Assembly (NCBI GenBank): GCA_003971905.1
Contig: RSEE01000081.1
Span: forward strand, 186,001-250,000
Direction of reading: 5' to 3'
DNA length: 64,000 nt
Source of the DNA: Moniliella sp. 'wahieum'
Taxonomy: Eukaryota
Made by a program: the position numbers and the translations under genes. Under the pieces are notes generated by a model. It ran no database searches, had not been told where the DNA came from, and saw only the letters and a program-made list of their open reading frames with translations. This document shows positions 1 through 13,000 of this stretch, piece after piece; within the stretch, counting starts at the first letter, position 1, and every line of letters starts with the position of its first letter.

Positions 1-1000
1 GATTCTCATAGCCAGACCAGGCCAGACGCCCGGGTGAAGGTGAAGATCCAGATTCAGATTCACCGATGCGTTCATCGAGTTCAATGCCCACAGGCCCACA
101 TACGGGTAATTGCGACTTAGCACCTAGCCCTTAGCCCTTATACGAACCCTCTTATGCGCAGCAGTTACGTCCGTACGTACTTACTATTGTACCACTGACA
201 GGCAACACGTGCAGCCCTACGGCCTACCCCAGGAATGTGCGGGGTAGTGTCTCAGGCGGCTCTCGGATCAAAACATTGTCGGGTCACTTATTCGTAGTAC
301 CAGCAGTACGCAGTAGGTACCCAGTCTGAAAACTCAGCACACCTCCTAGGATGTTTCCACCCCCGCGCACGCGCCCTGTGGGCGCACAGACCACCCCCTC
401 TTCCGCGGAAGCCAGCGCCACTCTCGGCGTCTGCCGCGCCGACAGGTGGGTAACCGGTATAACAGGTAACCGGTAACCCCGGGTATCGCCTTTGTGCATC
501 GCGCGCCTCGAGAGGAAAAAAAGAGAGAACATCGACCATCTCATAGTTAGTGCATCAGGAGTGGCGTGCACACACAATCAGCTGCTTTGCGTGTCTGTCT
601 CATGGCATCGCCTCCTTTCACCCGTCCGCAGTACGAGCCCGCACAAGAGAGGGCACGCGTCTTCAATGGCTTGTACCTCAGCGTACGCTTTGAGCCTCCC
701 TGTATGTGCCCAAGTGTCTCGCTCATGCATCATGAATCATGCGTACGTAGACTGCCCATGAGCCTTTTGCTGTGTTGCCTCTCTTCCCTTGAAGCTTCAG
801 GTGGTGAGAGAATCAGCAAGCCCCCATTAAGAGCGATGCTGGGGCGTATTTAAAAGGGCTGGACACCACGAGTCAATGAACGCTAGAATTCTTCAAGAAC
901 ACACCCCAGCATTTCTTCTGCAACACCTCCCACACAACAGACTCTGTCTTTTCAGCTTTTCACTCCTACTACAGCTCCCTTTTCCCTACTCATCCACACA

Positions 1001-1963
1001 ATGTCTACCACCTCCACGCACAACTCGGTTCCTACAGGCGCTGCCCCTCGCTTTCTTCCCGGGCTTTCGCTGACGGGCAAGTCGGCGCTGTTAACGGTGC
1101 AGCTCGCGGGATTGGCAAGGCGATCGCCCGGGGCTACATTGAAAGTGGTGTGAACCGGATGGCGATTTTGGACTTTCACGAGGCGGATGCCAAGCAGGCC
1201 GCGCGGGATTTGATTAAGGAATACGAGGAGGAGAAACACTTGGTGCCCAAGGGCACGTTGGCCATTGAAGGGTTTGGTGCGGATGTCGGCGACGAGAAGC
1301 AAGTGGAAGTGGTGATACCCAAGGTGGCGAGCTACTTGGGTCAGATTGACATTCTGTTGCACGCAGCGGGCATTATTGCCAACTTCCCCTCCGAGGCGTA
1401 TCCGCACGAAGATTACCGCCGCATCCGGTCCACGGACATTGATGGTGCATGGTTCGTTGCCACGCACTGTGCTCGTCATGCGCTCGAGAATAAGTACCCG
1501 GCCTCGTTCATCCTCATTGCCAGTATGTCGGCAACGATTGTCAACCACCCGCAAAAGCAGTCGCCCTATTGTTTCAGCAAGGGCGCGGTTAAGCATATGG
1601 GCGCCGCTTTGGGCGTCGAGTGGGCCAAACAAAAGATCCGTGTCAACACCATTTCTCCGGGTTATGTTCTTCTGAGCCGCAGCGTGCTTGAGAATGCTCC
1701 TAATGGTCATGAGATGTACGAGGATTGGGTTCGGAAGACCCCGCTCGGCCGGCTGGGCGAACCGGTACGTAAAGACACCTCACCTCCTTATTCCTTCAGC
1801 TCTGTTGTGACGCAGACGTCAACGAAACGAGTACTGACTTTTCTTGGACGTCGGTCTATAGGAAGATATCCAAGGCCTCGCCGTCTTCCTTGCCTCGGAC
1901 GCTTCCGCCTACGTCACCGCGACCGACGTGCTTATCGACGGAGGATTCTGCAAGCAAGGATGA
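1001..1963 (+). CDS. Short-chain dehydrogenase/reductase (arabitol/sorbose reductase-like polyol dehydrogenase)
   Basis: ATG at 1001; TGAARGIG Rossmann motif after restoring one G near 1096; HAAG, YCFSK (YxxxK), IRVNTISPG; intron 1765-1861 (GTACGT..ACTGAC..TAG); last exon EDIQGLAVFLASDASAYVTATDVLIDGG, TGA at 1961-1963. Confidence 0.9.
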
Positions 1964-2344
1964 AGTCATGCACGGAACACAGTGCTCTCGGTAATGAACC
2001 ACTTTATTTTGCCCCACCCCACACCTCTCTTGCTCAAGGTGGCCAGCGTTCAGTTGTAGAGGATACTGCGGTACTGTCACAGACCGGGGATAGGTCGGCC
2101 TCAGAAGGAGGAAGCAGCATCGTAGATTGTTGTTGATGAACAGAAACAAAGCCTCCGCGAACGCAGTCTTTGATCGTCGGGTACTGGACCACTTTTTACG
2201 CCCGACATAACTCTGGCTCCCGTTGGGGGAATGATGGTCAGGGAGCAGTGAGTGTTGCCAATTGGATGCAGAGTAGAGAGAATCCACTTGAGGAGGGAGT
2301 GCGAGTAGTAGCGACTAACAAGAGCTAGTCAAACTCACTTTCCC

Positions 2345-2389
2345 TCAAGTCACTAGTCACTTGAAACTTGAAGCTTGACTAGTGACTAG
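2345..2389. repeat. 7-bp periodic TGA/TCA-N4 array
   Basis: TCA-CTAG-TCA, then TGA-AACT-TGA-AGCT-TGA-CTAG-TGA-CTAG, upstream of RPS11. Confidence 0.7.
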
Positions 2390-2460
2390 CCTCAGGATCA
2401 TGGCATTGAAATTTCATCCAACTAAACCCTACTCGAACGGCAGGTAGACCATCTTCGCTC

Positions 2461-2487
2461 GGCGCAATAATTATGTTGGCAGTCACA
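2461..2487 (+). promoter_or_regulatory. Putative ribosomal-protein promoter element overlapping a Homol-D-like CAGTCACA
   Basis: GGCGCAATAATTATGTTGGCAGTC (2461-2484) matches the reverse complement of 61173-61195 upstream of RPS18 at 21 of 24 aligned columns; CAGTCACA at 2480-2487. Confidence 0.55.
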
Positions 2488-2714
2488 TCACTGCCGCAGT
2501 GCTGGACAGTTGGAGATGCAGCACTGCACCTGTGTGAAGATCGGAGGCACTAGGGCTGCTTTGCATCTGCGTCGCCTGCCTAGGCCAGCCCAACGTCGTG
2601 GCATCCCAACTCGCCGACTCGACACCTTCACCACCCGTTGCTCTCAAGGTACGCCACGCTTCAGCCACGCGTACCGTCCGAAGCTAACCGCTCCTTTCTC
2701 CTTAGCCACCCACC

Positions 2715-3203
2715 ATGTCCAACGTAGAGCTTGGTGTGCAGCACGAGCGCGCTTTCCAGAAGCAGCCTCTCTTCCAGAACGCCAAGGTGGCCGCTGGCAA
2801 GAAGGTCAACAACAAGACCAAGCGGTGGCACAAGGACATTGGTCTTGGTTTCAAGACGCCAGCTGCTGCGATCGGGGGCACGTACATTGACAAGAAGTGC
2901 CCCTGGACGGGCTTGGTGTCGATCCGCGGCCGTATCCTGACTGGACGTGTGGTGTCGACCAAGATGACGCGTACCATCATCATCCGCCGGGAGTACCTGC
3001 ACTTTGTGCCCAAGTACAACCGGTACGAGAAGCGGCACAAGAACTTGGCTGCCCACTGCTCGCCTGCGTTCCGTGTTGACGTTGGGGACGAGGTGACGGT
3101 AGGCCAGTGCCGCCCGCTTTCGAAGACGGTGCGGTTCAACGTGCTCAAGGTGACCAAGAACAAGGCGCTGGAGAAGGCAGCGAAGCAGTTTGGTCGTTTC
3201 TAA
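2715..3203 (+). CDS. RPS11: 40S ribosomal protein S11 (uS17)
   Basis: Intact, intronless 162-aa ORF with [28 protein letters not shown] and [14 protein letters not shown]. Confidence 0.98.
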   Translation: MSNVELGVQHERAFQKQPLFQNAKVAAGKKVNNKTKRWHKDIGLGFKTPAAAIGGTYIDKKCPWTGLVSIRGRILTGRVVSTKMTRTIIIRREYLHFVPKYNRYEKRHKNLAAHCSPAFRVDVGDEVTVGQCRPLSKTVRFNVLKVTKNKALEKAAKQFGRF

Positions 3204-3552
3204 CTTGCATCCCGTGCATCCCTGTGTTGTGCGTGTGGCGGAGGGAGGTGGCTATGTGGCTGATGGGCTTGGGACCCCTTATGCTTTGTCTCTCTCTGAC
3301 CTTGACACCTTCGCCTGTCGCCTGCTCAGCGAAGAGCAAGTCGTCACCAAATAAAATTCCAGCCAGCCGCTCTACCCCTTGTGCATGCGCCTCGTGTACA
3401 CTGCGCATCCTCCGTATCCGTCGGACGCCCATGCATCTATGCCTACCTTTTTGGGGTTTTTTGTAGCTCACTTCTCCGGTTCACCGGGGAAGAGGAGAAA
3501 GAAAGAAAGCAGAGCAAACGGATGATGCAGATGTTGGATTGCGCTAGAGCTC

Positions 3553-4318
3553 CTATTGTGAATTTGGAACGGTTGTCTCATCGTCCTCTTCTGGCTCTGG
3601 CTCGCGGCCGGGCAAGTACCCCGTCAAGCTGTTCCCGCTCGGATCTAGGCCATAAGCAGCGGCAACAGATTGGATGCCCATCTGCTGTCCGCGCAGGCTG
3701 CCCACCAAGTAGCCTGGGATGGAGATGCAAAACGATATCCACAATGCCTGGAGCATCGTGAACCGTACCCGCTCCATAGCGGCCAATGTGCGATAGGTGA
3801 AACGAAAGCGGATGAAAATGCGTGGGAGTTTCTGGGGTGGTTCAGAGGGGCTCTTACGATCCCAATGAACTTTACCACGGGGGGAGGTTTTGCCCATTGG
3901 CTGCATCAGGTCCGGGGTCGGCCCGTTTCCAGAGGAGCTCGAGAGCCGAGCGGAGGGAAGGGAATCTGCGCCTCGGTTGGGATGTTGGCGGGGAAGGGGG
4001 GGTTCAGTGTCCCTCACTGGCTCACGGGGGGCGGACTGGCTTTCCTCTGGCCAGCAATGCGGCGGGGGGGAGAAGGGCCAGCGGAAGGAAGGGGTTTCTT
4101 GCCGCCGGACGAAGCCCATCTTTGGAGAGAGGGAAAAGCCGGATGGACCGGGGGACCAGCGAGGGCAAGCTTCATCTGCCCGGCCGGTCCGCCGCGGGCG
4201 ATGGCGCTCAACCGATTCATCGCGCCTGAAGCGTCACTTGGGCCGGGGTGGGTGTGTGCCGTCGTCAGCTGGCCAGCCAATCTTCTTGCGGCGGACGCGA
4301 GCGAGCCGAGAGAGCCAT
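3553..4318 (-). CDS. Hypothetical protein, possibly a mitochondrial single-pass membrane protein
   Basis: Arg/Ser/Ala-rich start (MALSARSR..RRLAGQLTT..QRWASS, across frameshifts); hydrophobic segment LQALWISFCISIPGYLVG; acidic tail EPEPEEDDE. No family recognised. Confidence 0.45.
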
Positions 4319-4472
4319 GGCCAGCAGCGCTGAAATGTTCAGGCGGGGCTGCGGGCGGGCGGAAGGCCAGCGGCGGCGGAACGAAGGTTGTCGGGTGGGT
4401 TTAGTGTGGGTTTTACCACGCCCTCCCGCTGGGCGGCCGGGCTTCCTCTCCACCAGCGTTGCCTCGGCCGCC

Positions 4473-5972
4473 ATGCCCGACGCTTCTGCGCCCGATGCTC
4501 CTGCGCCCGATGCTCCTGCGCCCGATGCTCCTGCGCCCGATGCCTGTCCCTGAGGCTGCTACACTTGACCCTCCTCCCGACCCTCCTCTGTCCCCGTCTT
4601 GTCCCGTCCCCTCCGGCACACGCAAGCGGCCACGCGACGGCTCGCCCCGTCTGTCCGCTGCTGCGTCCAGCTTCCAGCCCAAAAGCCCAAGATGCGGTCG
4701 TCGTCTCCTGAGGAAGAAGGTGAACTGACGCCTGATATGGAGGAAGGAGAAGTCCCTCCTGGCCCCACAACGCCCCCACGGCCCCTACTCCCACTTCCCA
4801 GCAGAACCTTGTCTGGTCCACGCACACCTCCCCGCCCTCGTCGCCCCCTCCGCCTTCAAGCATGGAGCTGGACTACGACGGCGGGCAGATGGACGCGCCC
4901 GTCGAGGCACGGGCGCCGCCGTCGTTCTACCGTGACCTGGACCACCCTTCTGCGCACTACAGGCCCCCACCACGACTCAGTGCTCCCTCGCGCCGACCAC
5001 CGCCTATGCCTCCTATGGACCGACCACCTCCGATGGACCGAATGCCTCCATGGGCCATGCCCCCTCCCGTCGGATACCAGGGTACGTCCTTCCTTGTTGG
5101 CTTTCGCTTCTGACTTGGCACCATAGGCTACGATCTCTGGCCCCCCACCTACCCTTATTCCCAAGGACCCTATCCTCTTCCAGTTGGATTTAACCTCCCC
5201 CAAGCTCCTGCGAACTATGGTGCACCAGTCGCTGCTTACCCTCCTCATGCTTTCCCAGTACCGCCGCCGAGCATGGCCCAGCCTCCGCGAGGGTACCCTT
5301 CCCCCCTCATGACGAGGGAAACGTGACCCAGACCCCCCCGCCACGGCAGGAAGAGAGCACAGAAGAAATGGTCGCTCATCTCGCTTCGCTTCGCGCCAAG
5401 TTGCAGGCCACGCTACAGGCGCAGGGCGCGCAAGGCAGAATGGCGGCGCCTAGCGTGTCTAGGTGCCTAGCGTACCAGCCGTGTCGGACCCCCCATCAGG
5501 ACCTGCCAAACCGTTCAAGTCGACTTGGACCAACCCAGAACTTGCTCGGGGTCCGTTTGTGCACGAACAGGAAGTAGTGATCCCCCTTGAAGGAGACTGG
5601 ACGGGATAAAAGGACACCCCACTTCTCTTCCCGAGCTGCAAGAAAAGCGCCACGGGTTTCTGCAATACCTGCTCACTGTCTGTCCCACCCCGCCAAGCTC
5701 GAGTGGACCGACGCCGGTACTTTCTCGGCCGAAAGCAGTGCCACGGTACCGGCCAAGGAGGTACCGCCGACCCCGCTGTGGCGCCCGCCACCGAGCTGGA
5801 GATGAAGGAACGGCAAATTCAAGAGATGCAAGCGATGATCCGGGCGATGGAGAAGCGTCGTGCCAAGGCGGCCCAAGCCCGTGCCCCGACAGTTGACACG
5901 ACTGCTTACCCCCGCGCCTGCCGAGACAGCGCAGTCAGCTTTGTGATGTTGGATAGGTATGCCCCACTCTGA
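4473..5972 (+). CDS. Hypothetical proline-rich protein with a C-terminal coiled coil
   Basis: GCCATG start; APDAP repeats; EEGEL/EEGEV motifs; PPMDR repeats; canonical intron about 5082-5126; helical ELEMKERQIQEMQAMIRAMEKRR. Several frameshifts; end approximate. Confidence 0.55.
4485..4544 (+). repeat. 15-bp coding tandem repeat, about 4 copies (APDAP)
   Basis: CTGCGCCCGATGCTC repeated. Confidence 0.85.
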
Positions 5973-6963
5973 TCTGGTTGCGTGAGGCTGAACCGGTTCT
6001 TGGTGCGTTTTGTGGTTGGGAGGACAGGTACGAGATATGGGCAAGCAAGACGCTCAAGCCATCCGCGGTCATTAGGTCCCCCTACTAACCTCCCTCCCCT
6101 CCCCTCCCCTCCCTCCCCTCGGCCTCCCCCATTCGGTACTTCCCATACCATACTCGGCACTGTCCTTTTGTGTGTGATGTGCATCGCAGGTTCCAGTCTC
6201 TTTTCTTTCATTTCGCTTCGTTTTGCTATCCACCCATCTGCATCCCCCCATCTCAGTCCAATTGCGTGAGATGCTGCTAACCCACCCACCGCCTTTATCA
6301 ATTATCGTCATTACCGTCAAGTCGACTGTTTTCATGCCAAGCTGCCCCCGCCCTTTGCCCCTCCGGAGACCCGTCGCGTGTCTCGCAAGTTCGCCAATCG
6401 CACCTTCTTGCCATTTCTCTGATGCTTCTGGAAGTAGTCTTCACTAGTCTCTAGTCACTAGTCACTCTAGTCACTGCGACGAGTCACGAGGTTGCTGGTC
6501 ACGCTCACGAGGGTTACTAGGTTGCTGGTGCGGCCGCGGTTGTTGATAGGATAGCGCTAGCGCAGGAGGTCACGGTATTAGGGAAACGCGCTCATATTCA
6601 CTCTGCGCCGGGAAGGCCCGGGTGGGCGGAGTGGAGAGATGGGCTGAGCGCATTACAAAGCGGAGTCGGCGTGCGCGTAGCAGCCGAAGAGGCGCGTGGC
6701 CGGCGGGAGAGCACACACGGAGCACCGCACGCGGGCAGTGTGCGGCGCGGCGGGGCCAGTGTGCATTTTTTGCGGGCGGAGCAGGCGGCAGCCAACATAA
6801 AATCACCGCAGGACGCGTGACGTGACATGTGACAGCCGCAGGTGGGCCCACCCGCCTTTTTGGCTTTTGTTCCCGCCAACGCCAACCCACGCCAACGCCA
6901 ACGCCATCCCCCCCACCCCCACCCGGCCCCGCCGCGCTCCCGCCGCTGTCCACGCCCTTGCCC

Positions 6964-9622
6964 ATGGTCCAGCAGTACGCGCCGCCGGCCGCCCCGCCCA
7001 GCGACGCCGCCGCCGCCAGCTCTCCTACCCGCTCTCTGTCCCACTCACCAGCTCCCTCCTCCTGCCTGTCTCCCCCGGCCCTCGCACCCGAGGGCGATGG
7101 CTCCCCGTTCGATGCCCAGTATGGACTCAACCGGCAGCGGTACGTGCCCTTCCCCACCATCACCCACGCGCCTCAACTTCTTCCTTCGTACTAACCGCCG
7201 CTCCCTCCGCCAGCCTGCTGGACGGCCTGCAACGTACCCGCCACATCGTCAACCACCTGAAAGACTACACCAATGGTTCCTGGGTTATGCAGTACCCTGA
7301 TCTGAGTGCCCCCCTGCGGGCTATTGACGACGCGCGCCCCCACCTAGAGCGAAGCCAGTCCATGTCGAGCGAGCAATCGTCGCGTGCGTCAGGCGCGTCC
7401 GTCTTGCCTCTCGACGTGGCCGGGGAACCAGATGGACTGAACATCCTACGTGTCGACTTGCAAGTGGGTCCAGGATCGAATGTACCGACGAGTCCGGGAG
7501 CGGGTGCGCGACCTTCTGTGCTGCAGTCACTGGAAAAGTCGTCGGTGGCTCAACTGTTAGCGGGTCGGATGGCGCAGGCGGTGCGGCACCTGGAAGCGCT
7601 CCGGTTGCGGATCAGTGATCGGCAGAGCAAGGTGCTGATCACGGGTGATTTGAACGCGGGAAAGAGCACGTTTGTCAACAGCCTACTTCGGCGCGACCTC
7701 TTGCCCATCGACCAACACCGTGTACCACTGCCTTTTGTGAGGTACTGGATGCGCTCGAGTTCAATGCGGGCAAGGAAGAGATTCATCTGCCTCGTCCGGG
7801 CAAGATTTACCGTCCTGAGGATGAGGATAGCTATACTCGCTACTCCCTTGAGCAGGCTGAGGAACTGATGGCCGCTTTTGAGGAGGGAGAAGGCTCATCT
7901 TGTTGAAATGTTACTGCACGGATCGCCGTGGGACCCAGGAGAGCCTGTTGCACAATGGCGTGGTGGACATTTCGCTGATTGATGCACCGGGTCTGAACCG
8001 CGACTCGCTCAAGACGACCGCTCTTTTTGCTCGTCAAGAAGAGATTGACATTATCGTGTTTGTGGTATCGGCGGAAAACCACTTTACCTTGTCCGCCAAG
8101 GAGTTCTTGTGGAACGCCTCGAACGATAAGGCGTACGTGTTTGTTGTGGTCAACAAGTTTGACCAAATCAAAAACAAGGACAAGTGCAAGCGTCTGGTGT
8201 TGGAGCAGATTAAGCAACTAAGTCCCCGTACCTACAATGACGCTGAGGAGCTGGTCCATTTTGTCGATTCGGAAGATGTGTTCCCCCAGGAAGACGAGAC
8301 AATGCAGCCCGGCGATCGTCAGCTGGCCTTTACGCGTTGGAACAGTCGTTGCGCAAATTGTCTTGCTCAAGCGATCAAGTCCAAGTTGCTCCCAGCGCAG
8401 GTCTACGTCCTTCGTCTTGTCGGATGTGATCCTACTTGCGGCACGAACGCCTCGTATGCCCATGCAGAGGAAGCAAATGCCACCTCGGCTCTGGCCATTG
8501 CCAAACCGGCATTGCACGAGTGCCGTCGGCGCGCTGAGAGGTTGACCTCCAAGCTGGAGGAGAGGAGGACAAGACCGTGTCCGAGGCAGAAGAGGCAGCG
8601 AACGATCAGCTGACCCGAGCGTTAGCTTGTATCCAAGCTGGTCGCAGTGCTCATCCCAGCATCACCCTGCCGGTCTACCCAGGGGTCTGGGAGGCGTGGC
8701 ACTACGCGAAGAAGTGCGGCAAGCCATGGTCGACTCGCTCGAGGCTGCGATCCGGGAAGCCGAGCAGCAATCCCGTCAACTGACCACGGACGCAGTCAAG
8801 GCGGTGAAAGAGCTTGGCGAAGCGCACCTTCCCGCGGATGTAGAACGGTCTTCCCGCGTGTTCTTGCCCGACGCCATGTTCTCCAGTAAGCGTGCTCATG
8901 CCCGGCGGGAATCGCGTGCCAGCATGGCGAACCATATGGCTTGGCTCGGCCTGCCCAAGGAGGCACTTCACTCGCCCGCGACCGATTTGCTCGACGTACC
9001 CTTCCTGGTCGCGGGGCTACTTGCGCCGCTCGACGCTCAGCGGAAGCAAGCCCAGAAACTTGCTCCCTCAAGTTGGCTCTCTGAGGTAGAACATCACCTC
9101 GTTGGGAGTCTTACGCTCGGTCTTGGCGCTCTGAGCTTGGTGGGAGGGAAAGCGTTCGGGGCCAAGGCGGCGATTGAAGGGCTGATTCGGGTGGCAGATT
9201 TGCTCGGAACCAAGAGTGTGCGGAACGCTGCTGGTCCCCTGTTTGCCCTTGCCGTTGCTGGGGCAGCAACGTACGTGATACTTGATCTGCCTAATACGAT
9301 TCCGCGCAACGTGGGACGCTCGCTCTGGTTGGCCGCTTCGGCCAGTGTACCCGAAGGCCACGATCTCAGTGCGCAACACACCGTTCGGATCTCGCGTGAA
9401 GTACGCAAGGTGATGCGGTTGGCCAGCTGGGACTTGCAAGAAACGTTCCGTGCGGCGCTTAGTGCCCGGGCGGCCCAGGTGGCTGCAGCGGAGCAACAAG
9501 TTGCCCAAGCCCGGGAGGCTGGGATTTACTTTGACCGCACGCTCACCAAGGCGCTGGAGGTGAGGGAAGAAGTTTCCTCTGTGCATATTGGAGACGACGC
9601 GCCCGCTGAGCCTGTCGCTTGA
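6964..9622 (+). CDS. FZO1: Mitofusin, mitochondrial fusion dynamin-like GTPase
   Basis: G1 VLITGDLNAGKSTFVN, G3 LIDAPGLNRDS, G4 NKFD; two C-terminal hydrophobic segments, DLPNTIPRNVG and a coiled coil; intron 7140-7213 with TACTAAC branch; several frameshifts. Confidence 0.93.
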
Positions 9623-10013
9623 TCCTCGTCGCCACTTGATCTTTTCTTTCGCTGGCATGCCAACGAACAAAAATGGGAGGGGTTGGGGGGGGGAAGAGGA
9701 AGAGGAAGAGGAAGGGGGGGTAGGAGGCTTCTAAGCCTACCTCCTGCATGCCCCCCCCACCTTACCGCCCCTTAGCGTTTTTCTGATGTTGACCGATTTC
9801 CTGTGTGTTTCTTTATCTGTACTACTTACTGCTCATCGTGAATACCGATGCTGTCTATGCTCTCCATATGGTGTGACATGTAACACGAAACGCAGAACGC
9901 CTCACTACGAGAACTAGATGAGTTCAAGCCGAGCCGGGGGATCGGGACGGGGGGGGGGGGGGGGTACACATGAGATGGAGATGTGCCTACAACCAGAGGC
10001 TGAATCGAATGAA

Positions 10014-13000
10014 TTACTGACCCTTGTACCGCTGTGCTTCCCAAGCGGACCAAACGCGTTTGAGCACCGCGCGTGCCGGTGGGGCGAGGTGGAAGCGGAG
10101 AGCCATATCGCGTCCAGCGGGGGCCAAGGCCGCTGCGTCGCACAGCGCAAACAGGCCGGGCTCCAGCACCCGTTGCGTCTCGGGGGACACATGGCCCTGG
10201 TCCATGGGCACGGGAGCAGGGCGGTCCAGGGGGTTACGGGCGAGGTCCTGGGCACCAAGCAAGGTGCGCGCATAAATGAGCAAGAGGGCGTGTGCGTGTG
10301 GAGCAAAGTGGTCTGCGAGCGAGAGGGTAGTTCCACCCTGCCGATTGGCCATCCCTTTGAACGTGATGGTCTCCAGTGTGTGGGAGAGGGTGGTGGCGAG
10401 GCGCACTGTCAAAGGGGCATCCAGTGCGCTCATCCAGCTTGGCACAGTGTTGGCACCGACTCGCAAGAGGGGCAAGAAGAGTCCAAGTACCGCTGCAAGC
10501 GCAGAGAGCGAGTCACGGAGCATCTTGCGTCGTTGCCGCATGATCAAGCCCAATGCGGTGAGAAGATGAACCAGGGCTTCCAGCGTTCGTGTCGGGTCCA
10601 GGGGAGGGGCATTCTCGGTCCCAGCAGGGGTGAGGAGACCCGCACTAAAGGCAAGGAGCTGTTGGACGTGGGCACGGTCAAACCAGCTGTGGTGTGCGCG
10701 GACCAGGCTCGCCGCAGCGGAAGCAAAGGCCAAGCCAAGGATGGGCGTGGAGGCATGACCTGTGCATACCAGAGCAGCAGTAGAGAGAAGACGAAGCATG
10801 GATGTGCGTACCGCTTCTTCGTCCTTGGTAGCTACGATGCACCCTACCAGAGCATCCATCCGCGCAGCCACACGGCAGGCCAGGCCAGGAGATGATGTGG
10901 CAAGGTGGATGCCCAAGTCCTCATCGAATGCCGGGAGAAGCTTCTGGAGAAGAGCAGTCTGTTCGTCCACAGGAAGCGCAGCCACTCCCGAACGAAAGAC
11001 CGCGGTGTGGAGCTCCCCTTTCCCAGCCGTACCACTGAGATAGGCAGCCTCTCGAGCATAGACATACGTGGTTACCAGCTGCTCCGTCTGCCTCGAGACG
11101 AGGTGTAGTTCCAGCAGGGAGAGAAGAAGGCCGTCGAGTACGTCCGCGCGGGATGGGTTCCGAGCTCGTTCGGCCGCGAGAGAAGGCACAAGCCCAGTTG
11201 AGATAACGATGTCTTTCTTCTCTGAGAGGGAGACCGAGATGGCTGCGTCCCGCACGGTGCGTTCTAGCGTGCTCACCTCCTCGTCTGTGGCGGAAGCCGT
11301 GAAGGTCTTCACGGCTTGACGGGCTCGGGTGAAAGCAGTAGGGTCGACAGAGAGAAGGTCCGGATGAGAGCGGCCATAAGTCCTCATGACGCTGGAAGAA
11401 AAGGTGTACAGCACCCATTGTTGCTGGCTGAGGAGGGTGCGAGCCGTCTTGATAGCATCCTGTCCTCCCGTGCGGAGGCTTGGGCATTGACCCACGCGCG
11501 CACAAAGAGAGCGGTCGAGGGCCGGATCTCTTTCGCCTTTCCGGCCGCGGCGACAAACGTCAGCAGCTCCTCGGGGGAAAAGATGGAGTCGCCGCCCTGC
11601 GTCTGAGCCAACAGTTCCCGAACATGACCAGCTATGGTGAAAGAGCCATTGGCGATCAAGACCTCGTCCGCTTTGCGCGCTGCAGCTTGGATCAAAGGGA
11701 GGGCACTCTGCCAGTACAGGCGAGGGAAGTGTCGGGCTCCGGCCAATTTGGAGGCGTCCCGTACTGGTTTGGAGCTGGTTTCCAACACATTCTGGACAAT
11801 CGCGTCGCGGAAAGAAGCAAGTTCGACGAACTGGGCGTTTCCGGCTGTGAGGCGAAGAATGAGGCGATGCCTGTCTTCTGTGCCGTCCCAAGCCTTGATA
11901 AGCGCCCTAGCGACGGGCATGAGGTCCTGAGCGGGGAAAGGTTGAGTCCTTCGGCCCAGGTGGCGACCATTTGCCACATGCCCACCGACAAGACAGGGTC
12001 GGGCGACTCAATCGCCTCGAGGACATAGACAACAACCTTCCTTGGGTCTGTAATTTGATCGGCGATGGCACAGCGCAGGAGAGTATCCGCCTGGAAAAAA
12101 AGTCAGTACATATTGCACAAGACACACTCCTTAGGGAATGGGCGTACCAGGTCCAGGCGAAGCGCAGTGTTGCAACCCGCTTTAAAGATATTGTGAAGGT
12201 GGGGGAGGTGGGGCCGGATGGACAGGGTAACGGTGGAGAGGGCCTCCAAGTCGGGTGCGTACTTCTCGTGCCGTCGGCGAAGGGGGCATAGCATTCTGCG
12301 CCCTAGAGAGTGCAGTATATGCGGATCGCCAAATGGCCAATGTGGCTCGAACGGTAATCTCATCCTCGGCTCCTGCTCCCTTCTTGATCTGTTGGATACG
12401 ACTTGAAAAGTTGCCCATCGCTGTGTAGGCTGCAACCCATGCCGCCAAGCCTCCAGCATCAGGCACCAGCGTGGCTGTCGACAAGATCTGCGAAGCCAAG
12501 TACGCCTCCACAGCCCATGGACCCTTCTCCGCTTGGGCAAATGTGGTCTGCCGCTGGGCCAAAGTCTGTACCAATCCCACCGCCAATGGCGGGGAGAGAT
12601 TGCAGTGCTTCTGCACAAAGGACAAGCGCTCGAGGAGTTTGGGGCAAGGGAGTGCCTCCCAAAAAGTTTGGAACCAGAGCCGAGGCTTCCTGCGCAGCAT
12701 CCATCAGAGCAACGGCAAGTTGCGACACGCCACGTGCTCTCCGGGCCGTTTCAAAGATGGAACGAAGCAATGGCTCGGCCGCGGCAATGCTCGTCGCATC
12801 TGTGGTGGTCCACATGGCCCGTAGAATGGCACCTAGATGGCTCGAGACCAAGGTGCTATCCACCGTCCACAGGTTATGAAGGGCTCTGAAGTCCGTCGAA
12901 CGTCCTTCCCTTGGTGTACAAGGCGAGCGAGCAAGCCCTCCAAGCAAGTAGAGAGAAGAGAGGCCCAGGAAAACCCCTGTCCATCGAGGTCGGGACCAGG

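Noticed and set aside
117..141. Telomeric repeat (CCTAGCCCTTAGCCCTTA)
   Set aside because: Period is 7 rather than the TTAGGG hexamer and there are only about 3 units; it fits the heptamer lattice better.
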